Shown: in pieces, positions 1 to 13,100 of the stretch
Layout: each line of letters starts with the position of its first letter
Position numbering within the stretch: the stretch's first letter is position 1
Source: Azolla caroliniana
Taxonomy: Eukaryota; Plantae; Polypodiophyta
DNA: 64,000 bases
Reading direction: 5' to 3'
Assembly: GCA_043228905.1 (NCBI GenBank)
Contig: JBHGNT010000007.1
Coordinates: forward strand, 15,500,001-15,564,000
Notes under the pieces: model-generated
Told to the model about the DNA's origin: nothing
The model's input: only the letters and a program-made list of their open reading frames with translations
The model's database searches: none
Program-made: the position numbers and the translations under genes

Positions 1-399
1 CCCAAAAGATGTGTGATTTGTATGTACGTATGTATGATGATGAATGATGATGATGATGGTGAGGTGTGTGTGCCATGTGGTGGGTATTTGGTTTTGGGGT
101 GGCCATTTCCCACGTGATACGTGTTTGATTGATCATGATTCATAACACTCTTTATACATACATATATGTATTTCACTTGCCACCTTTCCTTGCCTTCTTT
201 ATTTTCCCTCTCCTTCCCCTTCTTCTTTAATCAGTATCTCTTTCTCAAATTGTCTTGTTTTTTTGTTTGTTTATTATGTATCTAATTTCTACTTGTCGTG
301 TCTATCACATAATGAATGAGCCCCTTCCCCCTCCCACTCCCCCTCCTACTCCCACCCATTTTTAGCCATTATTAACACTACACCTATATGTATCTATTA

Positions 400-498
400 T
401 GTATATATATATATATATATATATGTATATCTATTGTTTTTTGGGGGTGCTTAAATTAACCCTCCACATAATGATACCATTTTTCAACGAGATATCCG

Positions 499-536
<38 letters not shown>

Positions 537-1064
537 TTGAACATATCCTTTATTATTTTTGGTGCCCCCACTTATCTATCTATACATATCTTCATATAAT
601 ACACACACACACACACACTCACTCACTCTCACACACTCACACACAAACACACTTTATGGTATAGGTTCTCTTCGCTTGCTTTCTTTTAACCAACAAATAA
701 TAGGCTCACCTTCCCCACACATAATACACACACACTTCCTTGCCTTTCAAAAGGTGCACCTCCACTACATTTGTCAAACAAGTATTGCGACTTTTAACCG
801 GAATGCTTGCTAGCATGAAACTGTATTCTCTCTCTCTAGTGTATATCAGGCTTACCTTGTTGTTGATGGTAAAGCCACCTTTTTTTACTACCCCATGGAG
901 CCATGTGCCTTTCGATGAAAAATGATATACTCCCTTTTTGTTTATTTGTTGTACTAACCATGCACCCTGGAGTTCAAATGTTGTACTAGATGCCACTTGA
1001 AATGTAGAGGTTGAATCAATGACCCTATGGTCTTGAGAGGGGAAACTTACCAGTTGCATGACCT

Positions 1065-1106
<42 letters not shown>
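400..1106. repeat. Cluster of microsatellites: (TA)n ~402-424, (CT)n(CA)n ~499-537, CA-rich 601-650, (CT)n 1069-1106
   Basis: Dinucleotide runs read directly from the sequence. Confidence 0.9.
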
Positions 1107-1107
<1 letters not shown>

Positions 1108-3822
1108 GGTTTCTCATTGATACAAACACAAATGATGGGGACTCTAGGTTTTAAAAACAAGACATTCTAGCTTCTTCCTTTGCCCAATATGAATGGGACT
1201 TTTGTAACCCGCGAGACTAATTTATTGAAAACAAACAAACGTTTTTAATCGTCTTAGATGGAATATGACTCCAACTTTAGCAAGTATGCCCCATAACCAA
1301 TGAAATTTAAAAGACGTTACTATTTGGTACATATGTTTACATCTAATCTATGCAGGGTCATTATACTCTTGCCAATCACGTCCCTTTGTACACATACACA
1401 AGAGATCACATTGAAGGAAAAGTAGTGGCATCAAAAATGAATTCTTGTTTCTAGTGCTTTTCGTTGCATGTCTAGTTACATGTCATGTGATGACAACTTG
1501 AATTTTTATAGTCTTGATTAGGTTGAAATCAACTATTTCTGTTCTCTACGCAATGTACATATCCAAGTTGCTTCTGGTTTTGAATTCGGTACCAACCAAA
1601 ACGAAAAAATGTCAATGTCTTCCCTTCCAATCTTGGGTAGTGAATAGCCCCACCTAAACATCTCCATTATTTTCCCTATTCAATTTTCTCATCATAGGTT
1701 GATAGGGTAAAACAATGTGAATGGACCAAAATTGACCAACTTATAGTTATTTCTTGAAGAGGAACTACTTTTGTGTTAGATCATCCTTGGTAAGAGAAAG
1801 GTTCTTTTTTATGGATCAACGAGAAAATCATTGTATTTCCCATTGATCAATCAAAGCATGCTAATATTACCCTGATCAAAGTTGTTCACCAAAGTCCAAA
1901 TTTAGACCACCTAATCATGTTGTAACACATCGACCACATAGAGTTCCCATGACTTGGAAGAGTATTACTATCTCCCATAATGATTGACAATCCCACCAGT
2001 TCCTCACTAGAAAAGGCTCACGACAATTATCTCATGTTTTGTAACCACTTTCAATGGTTGAGAGATGAAACAAAGTTCAAGCAAAAACATCCTTAATTTT
2101 TTTTTCTTCATATCGAAGGTTATAAGAGAAACATGCTAATGAACAAACAAAGTTTGGATCTTCTATAATAAAAGCATAACTTGAAAGAATATCATGAGAC
2201 AAATGTTATAAATGAGCACAATGTACTTCCACATCACAATTTATCACAAACAATAGGGGCACAATGGCATTTGTGATTATGGAGAGTAAATGTAGCTTTG
2301 AGACTTATATGGCACTCTCACGAGAGCCTTGTTCATTTCGTGGTGTTCTAATCATAATATTGTTACATGGTAAGAAATGTATACCCTCTTACATCTTTCA
2401 ATAATTATGGAGTCTAATCCAAATGAAATTTCATTTCTAATTCATACAAAACATTCAAGAAAAAGTGCTCGAAGATAAAGATGGGGAGGGGGGCATGGTG
2501 CCCCAGATGGAAATAAACAATAACATAGATATTTGAGTCTGAAAAGAGAAATGAATGGCATTGGCCCTCAATTCTTCACAATTAAATGTCCAACCATTCA
2601 AGCCTTACAAGCCATTAGCATGGATAAAGAAACTAAAAGGGTTACTATCAAACAAAGTAGTTTGCAAGATAAGCCATGTTGTATCATACATATCAACTAT
2701 CCTTACCACTACAATAATCAACAAAAAAGTGATTGAAGAAGAACTCTCTAAATATGCAATAAGTCAAGATCTACACGCAACTTAACAACAACTATGTGGA
2801 ATTGTGAATTGCTATAAGTGCAAAACTAAGAGGGTGCTAAAGGAACCAACATGGGGATGAACACGTTTCTTTGTAATCTCAACATACAAACTATCATAAA
2901 CTCCTTGCTCTGAAGGGTAGCGCAACTAGAGGGTGAAAGTGATGTAAACCAAATGATAAGGTTGCATGTGTGTCAATCCATGCAATCTAAGAGATAAGTG
3001 TGAAAAGCATAGTGTTAATCTCGAGAATCAAAAGCATTAGGAACAACATAAAAGGCCAATTCTTGGAAACCCATAAAGGTTTAGCAAAACAAGCATAAGC
3101 AAGGTTGAAAGAGAAGTTGAGAGTATGCCAATTTGGGGATCAACTTAAGCCTCAATAGCATAAAAGATCAATGTCTTAGTTACTCTTGAGAAATGTGCTT
3201 GTAGAGAAAATATATGTGAATTATAATGATAAACAATGCGAACATTAAGAACACAAGGATTGATATAGTTTACTTATAAGCCTATGTCCATGATCAAAGA
3301 ACAAGAAGAACAATCCGTTCTTAATTATTTTTTAGTGTTATAATTTATACTTGCCACATACTACTCCCAACCCAAAACCCTAATTACATCCCACCAAATA
3401 CTCATTTAAAGCCAAAGTACTAACTCTCGCTAATAATTCTCTACATCATTAGAAATGAGATAAAGAATAAAGAAGAAACTTTAATTATGTTCTCCTTTGA
3501 AATGGGCAAAATCTATGACTATTTATAGTCATTGCAAATGACCTTTCTTATGATGATTTTGTCACTAACATGGCCTTTGAAATGAAATGACAAAAACATG
3601 GCTCTTCTTTTAGTGTTGGGGCCAAGGTTCAATAGTTTGTGGCATGTGTTATGCATAACAAATCTGCACCTTGGCAAAAGCATTAAACTTATACATAAGC
3701 AAAACATACAGTTGATCATACATAATCAAGCACATATACTTATTTTTGAGAATCAAACTCAACTTCCCTAGTGTGGGAACACCCCACAACCTACTATAGT
3801 AACTAGTGTGTCATAGAATCTT

Positions 3823-4848
3823 TTTTTATTTTATTTTCCAAAATGAAGCTACTTTCCCATTAGTTAGGTAAGATTATTACAAAGAGATTGTACAAGGAGG
3901 CTTAAGCATAGATCGGGGAATCCCCCTCCGATCAAGTTCTAGAAATTGAGACTAGTTACATCGCCTTTTGGACGGACTACTTAGTGTAAGTACCTACAGC
4001 TAAAACAATGCCCTGTAGTGATGGCTAGTACAAGACAACTCTTGGGGTCGACAACAGAGGGAGGGTGGTAAGTGAGCCGGAAACAGCCAGCGTGGGGGCT
4101 GGTAGTTCCACCTCGGGCCACGTCCTCCTTGTGTCACCGTAGGCGTGTTCCGCCATTTCTGCCAAAAGCGCAAACGGGGCAGTATCCACGTCAGAGGAAT
4201 GGCTACAAACTTCGTCCAATTGCCCTCGTAGGCGGCTAATAAGCGCAAACCATATGTCCATGATCACTTCCTCTGGGGGTCGCACCAGATCCTGGAAGAC
4301 CTTTAGGCATCGCGCTTTCCATGCGTACCACAAGGTGAAGCCTGCAATCAACATCCAAATGTCCGGGAACCTAGGGGATGAGGACTGCAAGCCTCTCTCA
4401 AATCGAATCTTGGAGATTTTTCCTCGCATGCATACATAGCACCAACTATCCGCATTGAAGGCGTTCGTCCACCTATCACCAGAATGATCAAGCCATGCCG
4501 CAACACTCCAGGATGCTATTCCTTCCACTTCACATGCCGCAAGGAGGCGAGTCACTCTATCCCATACCTTTTGAGCGTGAGGGCAATCCCACAGACAATG
4601 CCTTATAGTCTCAATAGGTGAATGGCAAAGTGGGCAGCCTAACGGGCCGCCATGTTTACCTAGCCATTCGCCAACGGGAAACACATTATGCCCGATTTGC
4701 CACCAAAAAAACTTTATCTTTTCCGGCAAGTGGAGACGCCAGAGACCCTTCCAAAAGGTAATGAGCACCTCATCAGGGATGCCCAATGTATGCCAGCCAT
4801 TGCGTAAGGGGCCGTCTAGATGCAGTTGAAAAGCCCTACCCAGTTTAA
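3823..4848 (-). mobile_element. 5'-truncated L1-type LINE
   Basis: 16-bp TSD TGTGTCATAGAATCTT at 3807-3822 and 4849-4864; A-rich tail on minus strand (plus-strand T-rich 3821-3837); zf-RVT ORF inside. Confidence 0.9.
4025..4786 (-). pseudogene. LINE ORF2 C-terminal fragment (zf-RVT zinc-binding region)
   Basis: FWKGLWRLHLPEKIKFFWW...CPLC...ETIRHCLWDCPHAQKVW matches the plant L1 zf-RVT pattern. Confidence 0.85.
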
Positions 4849-4884
4849 TGTGTCATAGAATCTTAATAGTTCTATAACACATAT

Positions 4885-5704
4885 TGTTGGGAGACAAGTC
4901 CCTCCGGATGGGAAGGGAGAAGAATAGTGCTGACGAACAATCTCGGCCGAGGCCGAAACCGGAAGAGGAGTACCCCGCTACGGAGAGCCAGATGGTGCAG
5001 ACCTGGTGAGAACCGGATGAGGAGTACCCGGCTATGGAGAGCCGGATGGTGTAGACCCGGTGAGAACTGGATGAGGAGTACCCGACTACGGAGAGCTGGA
5101 TGGTGTAGGCCCGATGAGAACCGGATGAGGAGTACCCGGCTACGGAGAGCCGGATGGTGCAGGCCCAGTGAGAACCGGATGAGGAGTACCCGGCTACGGA
5201 GAGCCGGATGGTGCAGACCCGGTGAGGAATACTCACCGGATGAAGAGACATATTCGTAAATATGTTTCTGAGAGTCCATCGAGGCTATATTTGTAAATAG
5301 CCGAAAAGTCATATTAGTATAAATATGACTTAGGGCAAACTTATAGTTACTGTTGTTGTTATTCTTGTCTGCGCGAGATTAGAGCGCGTAACTGTGTACA
5401 GAGAGAGAGAGAGAGAGTGAGAGGAAGAGGTCGTTGCCTCTGTTGTAACCGTCGCCTGTGGCGAAGATCGTGAGCACGAGGTCGTTGCCTCCGTGAACTC
5501 ACTGTTGTACATTCTAACATAGTGATAGTTTGCAGCTTGTGGGCTGCCGTGGTTTTTCCCTTAGTTTGGGTTTTCCACGTAAACATCCTGTGTACAACTC
5601 TTCTCTCCTTTGTGTCGCGTGTTTTCCGTTTCCTGTTTTCTATGTATGATTCTAAGCTCAGTTGTGGCCGAGCATTGCGCATAAGGAGCGTTGAGTTCCC
5701 GTCA
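4885..5704 (+). repeat. 5' LTR of Copia A (820 bp; five 54-bp repeats)
   Basis: Direct repeat of 16798-17490; TATA-like TATAAATA ~5318. Confidence 0.95.
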
Positions 5705-5733
5705 AGTGGTATCAGAGCGAAACGACACAGAAA

Positions 5734-8700
5734 ATGGACGAATCGTTTGGCGGCATGTTCAAGCTCACCGGCTCCAACTATTCAGTGTGGAAGTCGAAGA
5801 TGAGGGACATGCTTGTGGTTAAAGACCTCTGGCTGTTGGTTCAGTTCGGGGACAAGAGACCGGACAAAATCGACACCGCGATATGGGAGGTGATGCACAT
5901 GAAGACAACGGCGTACATACGGTGCTTCATCGACATGAACCTGTACAACAACTTCAATGAGGAGAGCAAGGCTCATGAGCTATGGGAGAAGATCGACATA
6001 ATGTTTCAAAACAAAAATGCTGTTAATCAGGTTTCGGTATTCCGGAAGCTAGTAAGACTCCGGTACCAAGATGGCTCCAGCATGGCGGAGCACATGAATG
6101 CCTTCCAGGGGCTGATACACTAGGCAACATCATTGGAAGTACCTCTCGCCGACGAGGTACTAGCGCTACTCCTGCTCGGTTCCCTCCCGGATAACTGGGA
6201 GACGTTGGTTGTCACTTTGGGCAACGCCGGGCTGGAAGGAAAGCGGTTATCCCTAGCAAGAGTAAAGTCGAGCTTGCTAGATGAGGAGGCGCATCGGAAG
6301 GATAAAGATACGAGCTCTGACTCCAAAGCGCTCCTTACCGAATCAGAACGCGGAAGACAAAGAAACCGTAGTCCCCAGAACCGGGAAAAGTCGGGGACAC
6401 GTTCAAAGTCAAGGGGGAAGCCCACTTGCTTCTATTGCGGCAAGCCGGGAACTTCCAAAAGAACTGTCGGCATTTCCGAAAGGATAAGGAGACCGACGGT
6501 ACCTATTCGAAGCGGACCCCGGACCGGAACAGTAAAGACCAGAGGGGGCCGGACCGGAAGGGAACGACGGCAATCGCGGCAAGTGAAGAAGAGTTGATGC
6601 TTATCACTGAGGAGTGTGAGATAAACCTTGCCGGCGACGAGATGACCTGGGTGGTAGACTCCAGAGCGTCGTTCCACCTTACCCCGGACTGGAAATGTTT
6701 CTCATTCTATGCAGCCGGTGATCACGACTGTGTCCGGATGGGGAATGAAGGTACATGCCGAATTGTCGGCATAGGAGACGTGTGGCTGACAACACCAACC
6801 GGATGCAAGTTGCTGCTGAAGGATGTCCGACATGTTCCGGAGGTTCGTCTGAACCTGATATCAACCGGTCGGCTAGATGATGAAGGCTACACTGGTAGCA
6901 TCCGGAACGGTGTCATGAAGTTCAGCAAAGGGAGCCTGATTGTGGCTCGGGCCCGGAAGGTCAACACACTGTACCTGATGAATGCCCGGTTATGTCCAGA
7001 AGAAGTGAACGTGGCATCCGACACTGCCGGTGAGCTGTCATATGAGCGAGAAGGGGATGAAGAGGCTTGCAGACGACAACCTCATTCCAGTGAAGAACGT
7101 GCACTTGGAGAAGTGCACTGATTGTCTGGCCGGTAAGCAAAACCGGACCTCCTTTCGACCAAGGCCAACGATGAGACGTAATGCACCACTGGAGTTGGTA
7201 CATACGGATGTGTGTCAGGTAGACACGAAGTCACATGCCGGAGCGCAGTACTTTGTGACTTTCATAGATGACCACAGCCGGAAGCTGTGGGCCACACCGT
7301 TGAAGACGAAGGATCAGGTGCTATCCGTCTTCAAAGAACTACACACGAGAGTGGAAAGAGAAACCGGCTGGAAGCTGAAGGCGGTTCGAGCAGATAATGG
7401 AGGAGAATACCGGGGGCAGTTCGAGGAGTATTGCCGCTCGAAGGGAATCCGGCTCGAATTTACCATGTCGAAGACGCCGGAACTGAACGGGCTGGTCGAG
7501 AGGATGAACCGGACCATAATGGAGAGGGTCCGGAGTATGCTGGTGCATGCAAAACTACCCAAGAAGTTTTGGGCTGAGGCACTATCGACAACGACATACG
7601 TGATAAACAGATCACCCTCAGTACCCTTGGACGGAGACACGCCACAAAGAGTGTGGACCGGTAAGGAAGTATCCTACCGGCATCTGAAGGTGTTCGGGTG
7701 TCTCGCGTACGTGCATGTAGCTAAGGACCGGAGAGGAAAGTTAGATCCAAAGACCCGGCCATGCATATTCCTCGGTTACGGTGACGATGAGTTCGGCTAC
7801 TGAGTGTGGGACCCGGTCGACAAGAAGGTATTCCGGAGTCGAGATATTATCTTCATGGAGGACAAGACGCTCGCCGACTGGGAGTCGGAGAAGAAGATAA
7901 TGAACTCCGAGTCGACCGGTAAGGATCGACTCTACGATGAGCAGACCCAACCGGCGAGAGACCGGTTAGCACTCGAAGAACCAGCCGGATACGGTGAGGA
8001 TATCGAACAGGCTGAAGAAGAAGTAGAGGAAGCCGAAACCGGAACTGGCCAAGACCCCGAATCGGATTTAGATGAAGAGCAAATGGAGGAGCCGGTTACC
8101 GAAGCCCGAAGACGGAGATATCCTCTCAGAGAGAGAAGGGCCCCCTGGAGATTTCCGGATGCAGAGCATGTTTTGCTGACCGATGAGGGGGAGCCGGAAA
8201 GCTTCGAAGAAGCGAAGGATGACACCCACAACCGCAAATGGTTAAGTGCCATGCAGGATGAGATGGATTCCCTGCATGAGAACCATACGTACGAATTGGT
8301 GGAGTTGCCGAAAGGAAAGCGGGCACTCCGTAACAAGTGGGTGTACAAGTTGAAACGGGGAGATGCCGGCAACCCCCTGAGATACAAAGCCAGGATCGTG
8401 GTGAAGGGGTTCCAGCAGAAGAAGGGCGTGGACTTCGACGAGATATTTTCATTGGTTGTAAAGATGACCTCCATCCGGATGGTGCTGAGTATAGCGGCAA
8501 GCATGGACCTTGAGGTAGAGCAGCTGGACGTGAAGACGGCATTCCTTCACGGCGACCTCGAAGAGGAGATCTACATGCAGCAACCGGAGGGATTTGTGGA
8601 GAAAGGGAAGGAGCACCTGGTATGCCGGCTGAAGAAGAGCTTGTACGGACTAAAGCAGGCACCCCGACAATGGTACCGGAAGTTCAACTCCTTCATGACC

Positions 8701-9752
8701 GATCAAGGGTACCACAAGACACAGGCTGATCACTCTGTGTTTGTGAAGAAGTTCGAAGGAGGCAATTTCCTAATACTCCTTCTGTACGTGGATGACATGT
8801 TGATCGTCGGACGGGACCAAGTCAAAATACGGATGCTGAAGAAGGCCCTCAACCGAACCTTCTCAATGAAAGACTTGGGTCTGGCAAGACAGATGCTGGA
8901 GATGCATATTATCCGGAACCGGTCAACGAAGCAATTATGGCTGTCACAGGAGAAGTACGTGACAAAGGTGCTTCACCGGTTCAACATGTCAGATGCGAAA
9001 CCGGTCGGATCGACACTTCCGGCAAACTGCAGGTTATCCGGTAAGCAAAGCCCAAAGACGAAAGCAGAGAAGGCGGATATGATTAAGATTCCATATGCCT
9101 CTGCCGTCGGGAGCCTAATGTACGCAATGGTGTGTACTCGACCGGATATAGGATACATAGTCGGAGTGGTGAGCCGGTTCATGAGCAATCCCGGCAAGGA
9201 GCACTGGAATGCGGTCAAATGGGTACTCCGGTATTTGAAGGGCACTTCAAATATGTATCTCCGATTCGGCTCCGGAAAACCTCAACTTGACGGTTTCACC
9301 GATTCGGACATGTCGGCTGATGTGGATACCAGCCGATCTACATCTGGGTATGTAATGACATATGTAGGGGGAGTTGTTTCGTGGCAGTCGAGGCTGCAGA
9401 AGACGGTTGCATTGTCAACCACGGAGGTGGAGTACATGGCATCTGTGGAAGCCGGCAAGGAAATATTATGGATGAAGGACTTCATCGGAGAGCTCAGTAT
9501 CCGGTAAGATGAATACCGACTCTATTGCGACAGTCAAAGTGCCATCCATCTTGCTAAGAATGCGGCCTACCATTCCCAGACGAAGCATATCCAACGAAGA
9601 TACCACTGGATCCGGGAAAGAGTAGATGACTAGGAGTTCGCGTTGATGAAGATCCACACGGCCGAGAACGGGTCAGATATGCTGACCAAAGGGCTGATAC
9701 CTGACAAGCTGGATGCATGCCGGAAGAGAATCGGACTAGTAAGACACCCCAA
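5734..9752 (+). pseudogene. Copia A gag-pol (Gag, Zn knuckle, PR, GAG-pre-integrase, IN, RT, RNase H), disrupted
   Basis: CFYCGKPG, WVVDSRAS, ELVHTDVC, LYVDDML, GFTDSD motifs. Stops at 6121, 7801 and 9505; frameshift ~6449; small deletion ~7037. Last codons resume at 16778-16786. Confidence 0.93.
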
Positions 9753-10173
9753 TATTATAGATCATAGTACTAATGTAAGCTTAAGATAAGGATAATGAAA
9801 AAGATAGATAGAAAGGAGAAAGAGAAAGAAGGGTGCCGATCCACCCGACCACCCCCGAGCGAAGGGATCGAGACGGACTCGAGCCTCGATCGGCGTCCCA
9901 TACCACCGCCGTGGCGTCGAGTCGTACCTGGTGCTGGCGCGCTCGCTACAAGAGTTGACCCACCACACGAGCAGAGTCTCGATGTAGTCAAAAGATGATC
10001 AAATGAGGGTAGCTAGGCCTCTTATTTATAGCGATACCCAAGGCTCCCAGGCAAGTTCACACTTGACCTAATGGGTTGTCTCAATCCCGAGGATTAAAAG
10101 TAATCCTCCCCTTCTTCACACTCTCGTTTAACCCTCACACTTATCCACGTGTATAGAATACTACGGTAAATTC

Positions 10174-13100
10174 TTACCACGGGATATTATATGGACATGC
10201 CCGTAACATACTCCCCCTCTTTAAAACATTGCACTCTTGTAATGGAAAGTTAGGGAAGTTAGTTCTAAGAGTATTTTCGCGTTCCCATGTGGCATCTTTT
10301 ATTGATTTATCCATCCATTTTATTTTAAATTCTCGGATTACTTTAGTACGTAATTTTTTTGTTTTAACATCGAGAATTCTTTCTGGTACATGTGGTTTAG
10401 AAGATAATTCTTCAGAAGTAACCAGAGTTTCAGTCGTAACTGTATTGTCGCCAGAACCTAGAAGTTCTTTTAGACGACTCACATGAAAGACTGGATGAAT
10501 TCCAACACCATCGGGAAGAGCGAGACGATAGGCTGATGACCCAATGCGTTTGAGGACTGTAAAAGGTCCACAAAACCGTGGGGCTAACTTAGCGCACTTA
10601 CCCGTAGACAATGTCTTAGAATTGTGAGGTACACGTAAAAATACCTTCTGTCCAGGGTTGAATACACGAGGTTGCCGATGATGATCGGCATAAAAACGCG
10701 CTCTATCTTGAGCTGTTTTTATATTATCTCGTGCAATATGCAACATATCTTGCATATCCCGAAGAAAGTTTTGCGTACTTCGCAACTCATCATGATGTAT
10801 AGTAACATCAATCGGGGCTCGTGGCTGAAAACCATACATCAACATAAAAGGACTATATCCCGTCGACGTATGCTTGGAGCTGTTATAAGCAAACTCCAAA
10901 ATTGGGAGATAACGTTCCCATTTTGTTGGTTTTGCACCAACGTATGCTCGAAGCATGTCCTCAATAATTTGATTTACTCGTTCTGTCTGTCCATCGGATT
11001 GAGGATGATCCGTGGAGCTCATGCTCAACGTAGTTTCTAACTTCTTAAAGACTTGTGTCCAGAAGTCACTAGTAAACTTTGGATCTCGATCACTCACGAT
11101 ATCCATCGGTAACCCATAAAAACGAAACAATTCGTCAACGAATTGGTAAGCCAGTTCAGGAGCCGTTACCGTGGTTTTAGTAGCAATAAATCTGGCCATT
11201 TTAGTTAGTCGATCAACGACAACCCAGATGGCATCATGACCTTTTTGGGTGCGAGGAAGGCTAACAATAAAATCCATGGATATACTTTCCCACTTATTAT
11301 TGGGAATGTCCAAGGGATGTAAAAGTCCTGCGACTTTAAGTCGCTCGGCTTTGTTAACCTGACACTGGTGACATTTAGTCACATAGCTATGTATGTCAAG
11401 ACGCATCTTAGGGCAATAAAATTGAGTGGAGATGAGAACGAGTGTACGATGTATTCCAGGGTGCCCTGCTGAGGGTGCATCATGGCATTCAAAAAGAATC
11501 CTCTTTTTGACCTCGGGTAAATCTGGAACACAAACCTTCCCATTACGGTAGAGCAAACCGTTAGCAATGTGGAAGTATTCCTTCGAGGATGTGGTGGTGT
11601 CTGTTCCAGACTCAACTCTTGCCCAGTATTTTGCAAAATAACTGTCATCAGGATACTTTCCTCGAAGGTGATCATAAAGATCTGATGATATTTCAGTGAA
11701 GCTAAGCGTGTTAACTTCACGGATGCGACTTAGTGCATCAGCGACAATGTTCATGGAACCTTTACGATATCGTATGGAAAAATCAAAGTCCTGGATGAGA
11801 TCAGCCCATCGTGCCTTACGACCTTTCAGGTCTTGTTGGTCACAAAAATATTTCAAGGACTCGTGGTCCGTAGTTACCACAAAGTGATTTCCATAAAGAT
11901 AATGGCGCCATGTTTTGAGCGCATGTATAACTGCAAATAATTCCTTTTCTTGAACGGTATACCGACATTGAGCAGAATCAAGTTTCTTACTCTCGAATGC
12001 TATTGGTTTACCATCTTGATACAAGACAACACCTATAGCATAATCACTTGCATCGGTTTCAACCTCAAAAGGTTTTGAAGGATCAGGTAAAAGAAGTGAA
12101 GGAGCCTTGCAAACTAGGTCTTTGAGTTCCTTAAAGGCAAGGTCTAGTGTAGCATTCCACACAATAGGTTTTGTAGACTTACGCGTTTGACCTTTTAAAA
12201 GATCAGTAAACGGCATCGTCAATTGGGAGTAATTACGAAGAGACTTTCGCAAAAACCCCACAAAACCAAGGAATGATCGAACTTCTCGAATATTCCGAAG
12301 AGTGGGCCAAAGCTTGATTTTCTCAATGCGAGAAGGATCAATTTCAACTCCTCGTTCGGTTATGAGATGTCCTAGATAAGTAATTGATTTCTTGAAGAAC
12401 TCACATTTTGAGATCTTCGCATAAAACTGTTTGTCACGCAATGTTTGTAAAACAAAGCGGACATGTCTAGCATGTTCTTGTAATGTACGGCTATAAACTA
12501 AAATATCATCCAAGAAAATAACGACAAATTTTCCAAGTTGTTCTCGGAAAATGTCATTCATTTCTTGTTGAAAAGTAGCCGGAGCATTGGTCAAACCAAA
12601 AGGCATAACCAAAAACTCGTAATGGCCATAGCGCGTACGAAATGCCGTTTTAGGAACATCGTCCTCACTTATTCGTATTTGATGGTAGCTAGTACGGAGA
12701 TCAAGTTTCGTAAAATACCGAGCTCCTTGGAGACGGTCAATTAGATCGTCAGCCCGGGGCAATGGATACGAATTCTTGATCGTCACTTTATTCAAGCGTC
12801 GGTAATTAATACACATACGCCATGTGCCCTCTTTCTTTTTATCCAAGAGAACTGGTGCACCCCATGGAGATTTACTATAACGTATATAACCCATTCGTAA
12901 ATAGTCCTTGAGTTGCTTAGATACCTCATCTTCTTCGGATCGACTTAAGCGATACGGAGGTATACTTATTGGTGCAACACCAGGTACAATATCTATACGA
13001 TGGTCTATATTACGTTTAGGAGGTAACCCATCAGGTAGTTCACTTGGAAAAACATCATGAAAATCATTTAAGATTTCATCAAGTTGTTGTTGTTCAAAAT

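Noticed and set aside
399-813. Low-complexity ORFs (YIYI, THTH)
   Set aside because: Microsatellite translations.
700-1059. 117-aa minus ORF and three donor-like sites (GTGAGC ~709, GTAAGC ~856, GTAAGT ~1050)
   Set aside because: No coherent exon chain or recognisable protein; may be a UTR or lncRNA but this is unsupported.
1700-2800. Possible very old Gypsy pol relic (IILG-like, RPHRVP-like words)
   Set aside because: Too degraded to support without a search.
4853-5312. Repetitive ORFs on both strands (132, 146, 110 aa) and their copies at 16658-17102, 30566-30872 and 36596-36892
   Set aside because: By-products of the 54-bp (18-codon) GC-rich LTR repeat; no protein motifs.
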